A DNA stretch of 64,000 bases from Planctomycetota bacterium (GTDB lineage: Bacteria > Planctomycetota > PLA2 > JAEUHO01), in assembly GCA_050248855.1 (NCBI GenBank), contig JBFWRP010000019.1, forward strand, positions 1 through 64,000. The letters run 5' to 3'. Below the pieces are notes generated by a model. The model was given only the letters and a program-made list of their open reading frames with translations, had not been told where the DNA came from and ran no database searches. Below are positions 27,552 through 37,074 of the stretch, in pieces (position 1 is the first letter of the stretch; the number at the start of each line of letters is the position of its first letter). Both the position numbers and the translations under genes were made by a program.

Positions 27552-29333
27552 CTAGTCGTCCTCCCGGAAGTCGATCGTGTAGTCCTGCTTCATGTAGTCG
27601 CCTTCGCGGATCAGCGACCCGGCCTCGACGGGGGAGCGCGGATTGCGCGCTCGCTCCAACAGCAGGGGTGCGGTGGAGAGCAGCTCGCGGACGCGGTCGA
27701 TCGTGGCGTTGGACTCGGCAAGGACCGTGAGCTGCAGCTGACGCGGGCGAATCGTCATGCGCTCGATGCGCAGGTAGCCGAGCTCCTCCCGCGGTACGGA
27801 CTCGAACGCCTTGTAGACGGCGGTCATCACCTCCAAGGCGCTGGGCAGCGGCGGGATGCGCTCGGACAGGCCCATCTGGTCCTTGAGGTAGTCCAGACGT
27901 CGATTGAGCTGGGACTGGATACGCCGGATGGCGCGCGGGTCGCCCTCGCCACGTGCCAGCCAGCGCGCGACGTTCTGCGTGGCGGCGCTATCGATCTGGC
28001 CGTCCACCTGCTGGAGGTACATCGTTTCCGCGCCCCGGAAGATGTGCTTGGCGACGGCGTGACGATCCCCGAACTTCACCCGCTCCGCGGTGAGCTCCTG
28101 CTTCGCCGACCACGTCATCACGGCCACGGCGAGGAAGCCCAGCGTGAGCAGCGTGGCCAAGGCGGTGCGGATCACGTCGAACGTGTTGCGCGGCGCGAAC
28201 TCGTCTTGGAGCAGCTCGATGCCCAGCGGGTTGCGGCCGAGCATGCGCAGCGCACACCCGATGGCCGGCGCCAGGGCGGCGCCTGCGTAGGCCGGGTCGG
28301 GGCCGCGGTCCTTGGCGTTGACGTGCTCCAGGATGTCGAGGCGTTCCACCGGGAGGCCGAAGCGTTCGGCCAGGGACTCGGCCACACCTTCGATCAGCGA
28401 GCCGCCTCCCGTGAGCAGCAGCCGCTCCGGCGGCGCCTCGGTGCGCACGGCCGCCAGCGAGCGGATCACCTCGCGGTGCAGCTTCTGGACGAAGGCCTCG
28501 CGCTCGTCGGCCACCAGGTCCGTCTGGTGCTGGACGAGGCTCTTGGCCGTCTCCGGAGTGCCGGTGCCGGCGGGCATGTCGCCCGCGGGCACGAACAGGT
28601 CGTCCGGGCGGGGAGCACGGCGGGCGCCCTTGAGCTGCTTGGCGATGGTCTTCTCGAGCGCTCCCGTTCCCAGCGGGAAGGCGCGGAAGACGCGCGGCCG
28701 GCCCTCGACCACCAGCACGAGGTTGGTCGACGTCGCCCCGACGTGCAGGACGACGCACGTGGGATGCGTGGCGAAGAGGCCAGCGGCGTCGAGTGCGGTG
28801 TAGACGGCGGTGGCATCGAGGTCGACGACGGCCGGGTCGATGCCGGCCCGTCGCAGCACGCCGATCGTCTCGGCCAGCCGGTCCTTGGGCGAGGCGAAGA
28901 TCGTGAGGCGGCTGCCGTCCTTGGTCTCGCCGGTCTTTACCCAGTTGACGACGACGTCGTCGATGGCCTGGCTGTGGAGATGGTTCTCGGCTTCGAAGCG
29001 TACGACCTTGCGGATCTGGTCGTCCTCGAAGAAGGGCACGGTGATCTCGCGGACCATGCTGTTGCGCGCGTGGAAGGCGGCGCAGACGTCTTCCTTGGGG
29101 AGCGCGAGCTCCTTGAAGATGTCCCGAATGACGGAGGCGATCTTCTCGTCGCGGCTCGGCTTGGGCGGGGCTTCGTCGCCCTCGTCCTCGCCCAGGGTGA
29201 CGCCCTCGGGCTCTTCGTCCTCGGGGACGGGCCGGATGGCGACGCGCTGGACCTTGAAGGAGCGGGCGCTACCGCCCAGCTCGACCACCTTGATCGTGTG
29301 GTCCCCGATGTCGACCCCGATAGCCCGTGCCAT
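27552..29333 (-). CDS. pilM: PilM actin-like protein fused to TM plus periplasmic (PilN/GspL-like) region
   Basis: IGVDIGDHTIKVVEL, VLHVGATSTNL, LLLTGGGSLIEG, APAIGCALR, then a TM. Confidence 0.8.
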   Translation of the reverse strand: MARAIGVDIGDHTIKVVELGGSARSFKVQRVAIRPVPEDEEPEGVTLGEDEGDEAPPKPSRDEKIASVIRDIFKELALPKEDVCAAFHARNSMVREITVPFFEDDQIRKVVRFEAENHLHSQAIDDVVVNWVKTGETKDGSRLTIFASPKDRLAETIGVLRRAGIDPAVVDLDATAVYTALDAAGLFATHPTCVVLHVGATSTNLVLVVEGRPRVFRAFPLGTGALEKTIAKQLKGARRAPRPDDLFVPAGDMPAGTGTPETAKSLVQHQTDLVADEREAFVQKLHREVIRSLAAVRTEAPPERLLLTGGGSLIEGVAESLAERFGLPVERLDILEHVNAKDRGPDPAYAGAALAPAIGCALRMLGRNPLGIELLQDEFAPRNTFDVIRTALATLLTLGFLAVAVMTWSAKQELTAERVKFGDRHAVAKHIFRGAETMYLQQVDGQIDSAATQNVARWLARGEGDPRAIRRIQSQLNRRLDYLKDQMGLSERIPPLPSALEVMTAVYKAFESVPREELGYLRIERMTIRPRQLQLTVLAESNATIDRVRELLSTAPLLLERARNPRSPVEAGSLIREGDYMKQDYTIDFREDD

Positions 29334-29407
29334 GAATGCCTACCTGCCTGTTCTCTCGGGGGACCCCTGCCGACCACCGGGGGCGGAGTATAGGCCGCTC
29401 CCGGGGA

Positions 29408-29788
29408 TCACGGCCCCTGGCGGACGGACCCGGCCGTCGAATCAGGGGCCGTGCCGTGTGCCTCCACGATGCGCTTGAGGCGCTCCGCCGTGGCCTCGGA
29501 GACCGCATCCAGCTCGTCCTGGTGGCGCCCGAGGATCTCGTTGCGCTTGGCGCGCAGCGCGGCGCGCATCTGCTCCAGCTCGACGCGCACGAGGCTGGCG
29601 CCCTCGGTGTCCAAGCCGAAGTGGCGCACGTAGTCCGCGACCTGGCCGTCCATGGACGGGTCGGTCTTGACCGCCGGGGGGGCGCTGCGGCTGCCTGCGA
29701 GCAGGCTGCCCGCGAACAGGCCCAGGCAGCCGCCGCCCAGCACGAGCAGCAAGGCCAGCACGCGGAAGCTCGGGGCACGCAGGGTCAC
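29408..29788 (-). CDS. Small membrane-anchored helical protein (Spy/heavy-metal-binding-like), co-transcribed with the ECF pair
   Basis: N-terminal TM; YVRHFGLDTE..coiled region; overlaps the anti-sigma stop. Confidence 0.5.
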   Translation of the reverse strand: MTLRAPSFRVLALLLVLGGGCLGLFAGSLLAGSRSAPPAVKTDPSMDGQVADYVRHFGLDTEGASLVRVELEQMRAALRAKRNEILGRHQDELDAVSEATAERLKRIVEAHGTAPDSTAGSVRQGP

Positions 29789-30312
29789 TTCTCGGCCCCC
29801 GGTGCATCGGCATCGCTACCGGGCTTGCGCATGATCCCGCGCTGCACGGCGTTGCGCACGCCATCGAGCAGCGGGGCGTCCGGATCGGCGATCTCGGGCG
29901 CCGGGGCCGCCGACGGCACGGCCTCGGCGCGCTGCTGGCGAACCACCCACGTTCCCGCCAGCCCCACGCCGATCAGCAGCATGGCGGCCGCGGCGTAGGC
30001 CATCGCGGCACGTGGCGAGAGCACCTCGCCGCGCAAGCCTGCGCGCGAGGAGAAGCGAGCGACGCCGTTCTCGTCATCGATGCGCTCGAAGACGTGCTGC
30101 GCCAGCGCATCGACGTCGACGGGAGTCGAGCGCGCCTCTTCGACCCACAGGTCCAAGGCGGCACGATCGCGGGCGAGACGCCCGGCGCGGGCAGGATCGG
30201 CAGCCAGCTGGCGGTCCAGGCGACGGCGCTCCTCGGCGGGCAGCGAGCCGTCGAGCAGACGGGCTTCGTCCGGCGTCAGCGCCGGGTCGTCAGGGTGATG
30301 TCCACGGGTCAC
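29785..30312 (-). CDS. Putative anti-sigma factor
   Basis: LLDGSLPAEERRRLDRQLAADP anti-sigma-like N-term plus one TM; coupled to the ECF sigma gene. Confidence 0.7.
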   Translation of the reverse strand: MTRGHHPDDPALTPDEARLLDGSLPAEERRRLDRQLAADPARAGRLARDRAALDLWVEEARSTPVDVDALAQHVFERIDDENGVARFSSRAGLRGEVLSPRAAMAYAAAAMLLIGVGLAGTWVVRQQRAEAVPSAAPAPEIADPDAPLLDGVRNAVQRGIMRKPGSDADAPGAEK

Positions 30313-31139
30313 GAGGAAGTTCTCCCGGGCGCAGGCTTCACCCCAGGGGCAGGCTTCGCCCCAGGGGCAGAGGTCAGTGTGGCCCCGCCCTCATCGAGCA
30401 GCTCGCGCAGTCGCTGACGTGCGCGGAAGAGTCGGCTCTCCACGGTGCCCAGGCTGAGTGCCAGGGCCTCCGCGATGTCGTTGTAGGACATGCCCTCGAT
30501 CTCGCGCAAGGCGAGCACCTCGCGGAAGGGAGCGGGCAGGCGGGCGATGGCCGCGCGCACGCGCAGCCTCAGCTCGCGGCGCTCGATGCCTTCCATCTGC
30601 GGCATGCGTTCGTCGGGCAGGCTGGCCCGCCCGGGGAGCTCGTCGAAGGATCCCGCCGGTCGGCGACGACGCGACTTGATGTAGTCCTTCGCGCCGTTGA
30701 CCGCCACGCGGTAGAGCCAGGTGTAGAGGCTCGAGCCCCCCTGGAACGCATGGATGCGGTACCAGGCCTTCGCGAACGTCTCCTGCACCACGTCGTCGAC
30801 CGCATCGCGGTCGCGCAGCACGCCCGACACGACGGCCGTGAGCCGCTCGCCGAAGGCTGCGACGACCTCGCGGAGCGCCTCGCGGTCACGGTCCTGCAGG
30901 CGCGCCACCCATGCGTCCTGGGTGGCCCGGTCGGGACGCTGCGTGGTGGTGCGGCCGGCCACGCGGCTTGGACCCACGGCGTCGCGCGCGACGTCGTGGC
31001 CGGAGGCTTCGCGGAGGCTGCGGGCGGCACTGCTTCGCACGGGGGGAGGGGCTTCCTGACCGGGGTGGTCCTTGGACGCGCGGGCCCGCGCCTGCTTCCC
31101 GTCCGGAGTCTGCGGATCCGGAGCCTGGCGGGAGGTCAT
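30309..31139 (-). CDS. ECF sigma-70 factor
   Basis: DDVVQETFAKAW, SLYTWLYRVAVN, LPAPFREVLALREIEGMSYNDIAEALALSLGTVESRLFRAR. Confidence 0.92.
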   Translation of the reverse strand: MTSRQAPDPQTPDGKQARARASKDHPGQEAPPPVRSSAARSLREASGHDVARDAVGPSRVAGRTTTQRPDRATQDAWVARLQDRDREALREVVAAFGERLTAVVSGVLRDRDAVDDVVQETFAKAWYRIHAFQGGSSLYTWLYRVAVNGAKDYIKSRRRRPAGSFDELPGRASLPDERMPQMEGIERRELRLRVRAAIARLPAPFREVLALREIEGMSYNDIAEALALSLGTVESRLFRARQRLRELLDEGGATLTSAPGAKPAPGVKPAPGRTSS

Positions 31140-32965
31140 GGCGCGGGGAACGCCTTCAGCAGCCAGGCCGGGATCTCCTCCAGGACCTTCATGGCCTGGT
31201 CGGGGCGGGCCGGCGCGTAGTGGCCGCCCTCCAGCCACACGAGGCGGGTGGAGGGGCCCCAGGCCTCCGCAAGGGCCCTGGCGCGGTCGGGGGAGACCAC
31301 GTCGTCGGCGTCAGCAGCGATCAGGAGCACGGCGATGCCGCGGTCGGGCGCGGCGACGGTCAGGGGCTCGAGCGGTGCGACCAGGGCGGCGGCCTCCAGC
31401 GGCTCCACGGCGCGCTCGGCCAGCTCCCGCTGGATCCGGCCGGTCACGGAGTTGGGCCGGGTGAAGGCCTCGTGGACCCGTCCGCCGGCGAGCACCAGGG
31501 CCGCGGCGACGAAGCGGTCCGGGTACAGCCCGATGGCCGTGGCGGCGGCGTGGGCGCCCAGGCTGACACCGCCGATCGCTTGCTTGGCGGGCGGCAGGCC
31601 GAAGTGCATCTCCAGGATGCGTGAGGCTGCGGCGATGTCCGCCAGGCCCTGGAGGGCCGCCTGACGCGTGCGCGCCAGGTCCGCCGAGAGCGTCCACACG
31701 CCCGCGCGGACGCCTGGCGGCTCGCGCCCGTTCTGGTACGGCAGGGGCAGGATGGCCGTGGCCAGGCCCTGGCGGGCATTGGCCAGGGCCAAGCCGCGGT
31801 GGCCGACCAGGCTCCGCTCCTTCCACGACGGAAGCTGGATCAGGACGCCCCGGGGCTCGGCGTCTTCCGGCAGCCACACCTCCAGGGGCACACGGTCGTT
31901 GAAGGCGAAGCCCGAGGGGCGAGGGCTGTCGAACGTGACGATGCGCCGGCGCGAGCCGGGGAAGTCCATGGCCGGCGCGTCCAGGTCGGCCTTGGGCTCG
32001 CCGACGAGCCGCGGGGGGAAGGCGTACGGGCCCAGGCGCGCGGCCGGCACGGTGTCCAGTCCCGCCCCGATCGCAGCCGGCGTGCCCCCCACGGAGCGCC
32101 CCAGCGTGCGCGTGGTCGGGCGCAACGTGACGACCAGCTCCTCGTCTCCGCCTCCGGGCACGATCCCGGCGACGTCGCCCAGGCGCATCCAATGCGGTGC
32201 GTCGAGCAGCCGCTGCCGGATCGCCTCGGCCTGCTGCCGCTCGGCGGCACCCAGCACCGGGAAGTCCGCATCGCAAGCGCCCAGGAAGCACTCGGGCTCG
32301 GGATCGGTCTCCAGCGCGGCCAGCCACCCGCCGTCGACGCCGCGTACACGCGTCTTGGTGGGCGTCCGCTCGACGACCCGGCCGTCCAGACGCTCGCCAT
32401 CGGCGACCAGGAAGCGCCCTGCACCGAGCAGCGGCGCGGTACGGAGCCGCTCGACCGCTTCGTCCAGCGATCCCGACTGCAAGAGGACATCCCGCACGAT
32501 GACCGTCAACGGCAGCCCGTTGGGGGTGGGAGGCTCCGCGCTCGCCATGGGCGAGACCGTCAGCGAGATGCCGGCGCTGTTGACGCCGGCCCACGCGCCC
32601 ACGGCCCCCGCGAGACCCACCAGCTCCGCCGGGCGCGCGTCGGGTCGATCCTCGATCCACGTCCGCGAGGAGGCGGCCACACCGGGGGGAAGCTGGTAGC
32701 GGGCCACGTGCAACGGCTCGCCCGTCGCCGAACGCGGGCCCGTGGCCAGGACCGTCGCGGCCGCCACCGCCTGCGTCTCGGGCAGGAGCGTCCGTGCCCA
32801 GATCTGCTCCTCGGACAGGTCGTCGCGTCGGGCCTGGGCGCGGATCTCCTCGTGCACCGTCGGGGCCGCGGCAGCGCGAAGCGTCTGCAGGCGATCGGCG
32901 TCGCGAGCCGCCGCGGCAGGCGCGAGGCAGCCGATCGCCAGCAGGAGGGCCGCGGCGCGCTTCAC
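31136..32965 (-). CDS. Secreted protein: C45/Ntn-hydrolase-like domain fused to alpha/beta hydrolase
   Basis: Signal peptide; GAWAGVNSAGISL..IVRDVLLQSGSLDEAVERL (C45-like); GVSLG, DDVV, GGHY (Ser-Asp-His). Confidence 0.65.
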   Translation of the reverse strand: MKRAAALLLAIGCLAPAAAARDADRLQTLRAAAAPTVHEEIRAQARRDDLSEEQIWARTLLPETQAVAAATVLATGPRSATGEPLHVARYQLPPGVAASSRTWIEDRPDARPAELVGLAGAVGAWAGVNSAGISLTVSPMASAEPPTPNGLPLTVIVRDVLLQSGSLDEAVERLRTAPLLGAGRFLVADGERLDGRVVERTPTKTRVRGVDGGWLAALETDPEPECFLGACDADFPVLGAAERQQAEAIRQRLLDAPHWMRLGDVAGIVPGGGDEELVVTLRPTTRTLGRSVGGTPAAIGAGLDTVPAARLGPYAFPPRLVGEPKADLDAPAMDFPGSRRRIVTFDSPRPSGFAFNDRVPLEVWLPEDAEPRGVLIQLPSWKERSLVGHRGLALANARQGLATAILPLPYQNGREPPGVRAGVWTLSADLARTRQAALQGLADIAAASRILEMHFGLPPAKQAIGGVSLGAHAAATAIGLYPDRFVAAALVLAGGRVHEAFTRPNSVTGRIQRELAERAVEPLEAAALVAPLEPLTVAAPDRGIAVLLIAADADDVVSPDRARALAEAWGPSTRLVWLEGGHYAPARPDQAMKVLEEIPAWLLKAFPAP

Positions 32966-33393
32966 GCAGGCTCCGCGCTCCGCAGGGCGTCGACGCTCTC
33001 GCGGCAGACCCCCAGCGGCAGCCAGGGGCAGGTCGTGCAGATGGCGGGCAGGTCTTCGCCGCGAATCCGCCCGCCGATGCGTTCGAGCACGTCTTTCCAC
33101 GTCACCTCCGCGCCCTCGTCGAGGCCCAGCCGGCGCAGCACCTCGCGGTCGTGGCTGCGCATGTGCGCCTCGTGGTCCGGCCCGCCCAGGGTGCAGCCAC
33201 CCACGAGGTTCGGGCAGGCCGCGCAGAGGCCATCCGGCTCGGCGACCAGGCGGACCCGCCGCGAAGGCTCGCCCTGGAGGCCCTGTTGCACGTCCGCCAT
33301 GGCCTGGACGAAGCCGGGACTGTACCCCTTGCCGCGGAACCCGAGCAGGCAGAGCACCATGTGCGCGCGCAGGGGGAGGGGATCGGAGTCCAT
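32962..33393 (-). CDS. DUF1284-like Cys-rich protein
   Basis: LRAHMVLCLLGFRGKGYS..PDGLCAACP..ICTTCPWLPLGVC. Confidence 0.82.
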   Translation of the reverse strand: MDSDPLPLRAHMVLCLLGFRGKGYSPGFVQAMADVQQGLQGEPSRRVRLVAEPDGLCAACPNLVGGCTLGGPDHEAHMRSHDREVLRRLGLDEGAEVTWKDVLERIGGRIRGEDLPAICTTCPWLPLGVCRESVDALRSAEPA

Positions 33394-33504
33394 GGGCCCG
33401 GAGAATAGGGCCGGCCGCGGCGGCGGCGTGTGCGCAGAGTCCACGCAAGTGTCCCCGGCAGGGGACAGGTGGCCTGCCCGAGCCCTGGCCGGACGCGCGA
33501 AAAA

Positions 33505-33539
33505 CGACGCAAGTTGTTATCCATGAAACACTTGCGTCG
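33505..33539. promoter_or_regulatory. Inverted repeat CGACGCAAGT-N15-ACTTGCGTCG just upstream of a sigma-54-like promoter
   Basis: Perfect 10-bp arms read directly. Confidence 0.45.
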
Positions 33540-33562
33540 AACGCGCCGGGTGCGCTACCCTC

Positions 33563-33577
33563 TGGCACGGCACTTGT
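33563..33577 (+). promoter_or_regulatory. Sigma-54-type -24/-12 promoter candidate
   Basis: TGGCACG-GCAC-TTGT versus consensus TGGCACG-N4-TTGC (GT in place of GC at -12), about 55 nt upstream of the ATG. Confidence 0.5.
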
Positions 33578-33632
33578 TCCATGTTGGACCTCGCATCGGG
33601 CGCCCGGCGCCCCTGCGGGAAGGAGACCCGCC

Positions 33633-34043
33633 ATGAACCTTCGCAACCTCATCGTTCCCGTCGTCTTGGTCGCCGGTTTGGCCTTCGTGGCCTCGGACGC
33701 CTTGGCGGCCCCGGTGGGCTCGACTCCGACGAGCGCCATGTTCGGCGGCCGCGTCACGATCGGCGGCGGCATCGGCATCAACGTCCCGATCGGCGGGCGT
33801 CGCGTGGCCTACCCCTCCCACACCGTGCAGAGCGGGTACTGGACGACCGTGACCGAGCAGGTCTACATCCCCGGCCAGCTGATCGGCTACGACCGCTACG
33901 GCCACCCGATCATGACCGCCGGCCACTACCAGACGGTCCAGCGCCAGGTCTGGGTGCCGACGACCCATGTGGTCCACCACCACCGCACGCGCCCCGTGGG
34001 CACGATCCACGTCGGCCTGGGTGGTCGCTGGCGGATTCGCTAG
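33633..34043 (+). CDS. Small secreted protein with YxWxxG/YXWGXW-like beta repeats and a His-rich patch
   Basis: AGGAG RBS; signal peptide; SGYWTTVTEQVYIPG / AGHYQTVQRQVWVP; HVVHHH. Confidence 0.8.
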   Translation: MNLRNLIVPVVLVAGLAFVASDALAAPVGSTPTSAMFGGRVTIGGGIGINVPIGGRRVAYPSHTVQSGYWTTVTEQVYIPGQLIGYDRYGHPIMTAGHYQTVQRQVWVPTTHVVHHHRTRPVGTIHVGLGGRWRIR

Positions 34044-34059
34044 CGACGTCCCACGAGAG

Positions 34060-34230
34060 GGGGCCCCGGGATTCCGGACGAATCCGGTCGCTGGATCGGA
34101 AACCCGGAAACCCCGACCCCTTCTCCTGCGTCTGTACCGATGAGCGCGCGGGGGCAACCCCGACGTTCATCGGGGGTCGAGCTCGATCTCCTGCCCTTCC
34201 CTCCTCCCTCCCTCCCACCGAGCTCCCCCG
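34060..34230 (+). ncRNA. Candidate structured 3'UTR/sRNA with CU-rich loop
   Basis: Three consecutive hairpins, one with a GCAA tetraloop and one (GAGCTCG/CGAGCTC) enclosing a CCUCC-rich loop, followed by a terminator. Confidence 0.4.
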
Positions 34231-34269
34231 GCCGGCCAGGACCTTCGGGTCCTGGCCGGCAGTCTTTTT
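34231..34269 (+). terminator. Rho-independent terminator
   Basis: GCCGGCCAGGACC-TTCG-GGTCCTGGCCGGC followed by AGTCTTTTT. Confidence 0.85.
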
Positions 34270-34335
34270 GGACCCGGCGTTCACCCCCTGGGGTGCGCGG
34301 GTGCGGCTCGCCAGATGCTCGGTGCCGCGGCGTGC

Positions 34336-37014
34336 TCAGACGCTCGTCGGGCGGGGCTTCTCGGGGTTGATGCCGAGATCGGCGAGGCCCTTGGCGGCGG
34401 CCTTGGTCGTGATCGTGCCCTCTTGGGCAAGCGCGTGCACCGCCGCGGCAGCGATCCAGCGCGCGTCGACCTCGAAATGCTCGCGCAGTGCTTCGCGGGT
34501 GTCGCTCATGCCGAAGCCGTCGGTGCCCAGCGTGATGTAGCGGTTGGGTACCCAGCGGGAGATCTGGTCGGGCACGAGCTTGATGTAGTCGGTGGCCGCC
34601 ACGATGGGCCCGTCATGTTCCTCGAGCACGCGCTCGATGTAGGTCTTGCGCGGCGTCGCGTCGGGGTGGAGGCGGTTCCAGCGCTCGGCCGTCAGCGCGT
34701 CATGGCGCAGCTGCTGGTAGCTCGTGGCACTCCACACGTTCGCGGAGACGTCGAACTTCTCCGCGAGGAGCGCCTGCGCCTCGAGCGCCTGGTTGAGGAT
34801 GCAGGCGCTGCCGAACAGCTGGACGTGCTTCTTCCTCTTCGTCTCGGCGCGCCGATAGAGGTACAGGCCCTTGACGACGCCCTCTTCGACACCCTCGGGC
34901 ATGGGCGGCTGCTCGTAGTTCTCGTTCTGGATCGTGATGTAGTAGAAGACGTCCTGCTCTTCGCCGATCATGCGGCGCAGGCCTTCGCGCACGATGATCG
35001 CGATCTCGTAGGCCCACGCCGGGTCGTAGGAAATCAGGTTGGGGATGACGGCGGCCAGGATGTGGCTGTGGCCGTCTTCGTGCTGCAGGCCTTCGCCGTT
35101 GAGCGTCGTACGACCGGCGGTCGCGCCCATGAGGAAGCCGCGGCCGCGCATGTCCGCGAACGCCCAAGCCAAGTCGCCGACGCGCTGGAAGCCGAACATC
35201 GAATAGAACGTGTAGAAGGGCACCATCGGCTCGCCGTGCGTGGCGTAGGACGTGCCCGCGGCCGTGAAGGAGGCCATGGAGCCGGCCTCCGTGATGCCCT
35301 CCTCCAGGACCTGTCCGTCGCGCGTCTCGCGGTAGTACAGGAGCTGGCCCTTGTCCACGGGCTCGTACAGCTGGCCGAACGCGGCGTAGATGCCGACTTG
35401 GCGGAACAGCGGCTCCATGCCGAACGTGCGCGCCTCGTCGGGGATGATCGGGACGACGCGACGCCCCAGCTCGGGGTCCTTGATCAGCTTCGTGAGCAGC
35501 CGCACGAACGCCATGGTGGTGCTGACGCCGCCCGGGTTCTTCGTGCCCAGCATGAACTCGTCGTAGAGGTCGCTGCCGGGAACCGCGACCTTGACCTTGG
35601 GGTTGGGCCAACGCTTGGGCATCAGGCCGCCGAGCCGGCGACGGCACTCGAGCACGTACTCCACCTCGGGGCTGTCCGGCCCGGGGTGGTAGTAGGGGGC
35701 ATCGGGAAGCGCGGCGTCGGAGATCGGCAGGCCGAGGCGGTCGCGGAAGGCACGCAGGTCGTCCAGCGACATCTTCTTCATCTGGTGCGTGACGTTCTTG
35801 GCCTCGAAGCCCTCGCCCAGGGCGAAGCCCTTGACGGTCTGGGCGAGCACGACCGTGGGTCGGCCCTTGTGGTCCACGGCCGCCCGGAAGGCCGCATGGA
35901 TCTTGCGCAGGTCGTGACCGCCGCGACGCATGGCCCAGATGTCGTCGTCGGTCAGGTGGGCCGCCAGCGCCATCAGCTGCGGGTCGGTGCCGAAGAGATG
36001 CTTGCGGATGTAGGCGCCGTCCTCGGCGCGGAACCGCTGCATCTGGCCGTCGACGATGTCGTTGAAGCGGCTGCGCAGGAGCCCATGGACATCGCGGGCG
36101 AGCAAGTCGTCCCACTCCGTGCCCCAGAGCACCTTGATCACGTTCCAGCCGGCTCCGCGGAAGACCGTCTCCAGCTCTTGCACGATCTTGCCGTTGCCGC
36201 GCACGGGCCCGTCCAGGCGCTGCAAGTTGCAGTTGACGACCCACGTCAGGTTGTCGAGGCCTTCGCGCGTGGCCACGGACAGGGCGCCCAGCGTTTCGGG
36301 CTCGTCCGTCTCGCCGTCGCCGACGAAGCACCACACGCGGCTGCCGCTGGTGTCGACGATTCCACGCGCGGACAGATAGCGGTTGAAGCGCGCCTGGTAG
36401 ATCGAGCTGATCGGGCCCAAGCCCATGCTGACCGTCGGGAACTCCCAGTACTCGGGCATGAGGCGCGGGTGCGGGTACGATGAGAGCCCGGAGCCTCGCT
36501 TGGTTTCGCGGCGGAAGCTGTCGAGCAGCTCCTCGCTCATGCGCCCCTCCAGGTAGGAGCGCGCGTAGATGCCGGGTGAGGCGTGACCCTGGAAGTAGAT
36601 CTGGTCGCCGGCGGAACCGTCTTCCTTGCCGCGGAAGAAGTGGTGGAAGCCGACGTCGTACAGGTCGGCCGCGGACGCGAAGGTGGAGATGTGGCCGCCG
36701 AGACCGCTGAAGTTCACGTTGGCGCGGCTGACCATGACGGCCGCGTTCCAGCGGATGATGTCGCCGATCCGCTCCTCCATGGCCTCGTCGCCCGGGTACG
36801 GCGGCTCGAGCTCCGGAGGAATCGTGTTGACGTAGTCCGTGTTGAGGAGGCGGTCCGGAACGTACCCACCGTGTCGTGCGCGGTCGAGCAGGCGCGCGAG
36901 CAGGTAGCGCGCGCGGTCAGGCCCCTGGCTGGCGAGCACGGCCTCGATCGAGTCGATCCACTCGCGGGTCTCGACCGGATCGTTGTCGTTCTGCCTGGTT
37001 CCGTAGAGCGTCAC
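34336..37014 (-). CDS. aceE: Pyruvate dehydrogenase E1 component, homodimeric type
   Basis: DPVETREWIDS, GGHISTFAS, YFQGHASPGIYAR, SSYPHP, GDGETDEPE, NLQRLDGPVRGN, GEGLQHEDG. Confidence 0.97.
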   Translation of the reverse strand: MTLYGTRQNDNDPVETREWIDSIEAVLASQGPDRARYLLARLLDRARHGGYVPDRLLNTDYVNTIPPELEPPYPGDEAMEERIGDIIRWNAAVMVSRANVNFSGLGGHISTFASAADLYDVGFHHFFRGKEDGSAGDQIYFQGHASPGIYARSYLEGRMSEELLDSFRRETKRGSGLSSYPHPRLMPEYWEFPTVSMGLGPISSIYQARFNRYLSARGIVDTSGSRVWCFVGDGETDEPETLGALSVATREGLDNLTWVVNCNLQRLDGPVRGNGKIVQELETVFRGAGWNVIKVLWGTEWDDLLARDVHGLLRSRFNDIVDGQMQRFRAEDGAYIRKHLFGTDPQLMALAAHLTDDDIWAMRRGGHDLRKIHAAFRAAVDHKGRPTVVLAQTVKGFALGEGFEAKNVTHQMKKMSLDDLRAFRDRLGLPISDAALPDAPYYHPGPDSPEVEYVLECRRRLGGLMPKRWPNPKVKVAVPGSDLYDEFMLGTKNPGGVSTTMAFVRLLTKLIKDPELGRRVVPIIPDEARTFGMEPLFRQVGIYAAFGQLYEPVDKGQLLYYRETRDGQVLEEGITEAGSMASFTAAGTSYATHGEPMVPFYTFYSMFGFQRVGDLAWAFADMRGRGFLMGATAGRTTLNGEGLQHEDGHSHILAAVIPNLISYDPAWAYEIAIIVREGLRRMIGEEQDVFYYITIQNENYEQPPMPEGVEEGVVKGLYLYRRAETKRKKHVQLFGSACILNQALEAQALLAEKFDVSANVWSATSYQQLRHDALTAERWNRLHPDATPRKTYIERVLEEHDGPIVAATDYIKLVPDQISRWVPNRYITLGTDGFGMSDTREALREHFEVDARWIAAAAVHALAQEGTITTKAAAKGLADLGINPEKPRPTSV

Positions 37015-37074
37015 CGCGCGCGCCTCCCGTCCCGGTTTTCCGGGCGCGTCACGGTACCACCTGGGGCGCAGGCG

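Noticed and set aside
31136..33781. Extended N-termini in the ORF track (also 1-1731, 40911-42662, 41807-43666, 58587-61337, 59738-63034)
   Set aside because: Upstream extensions overlap other real genes; true starts chosen from RBS, stop/start overlap and domain boundaries
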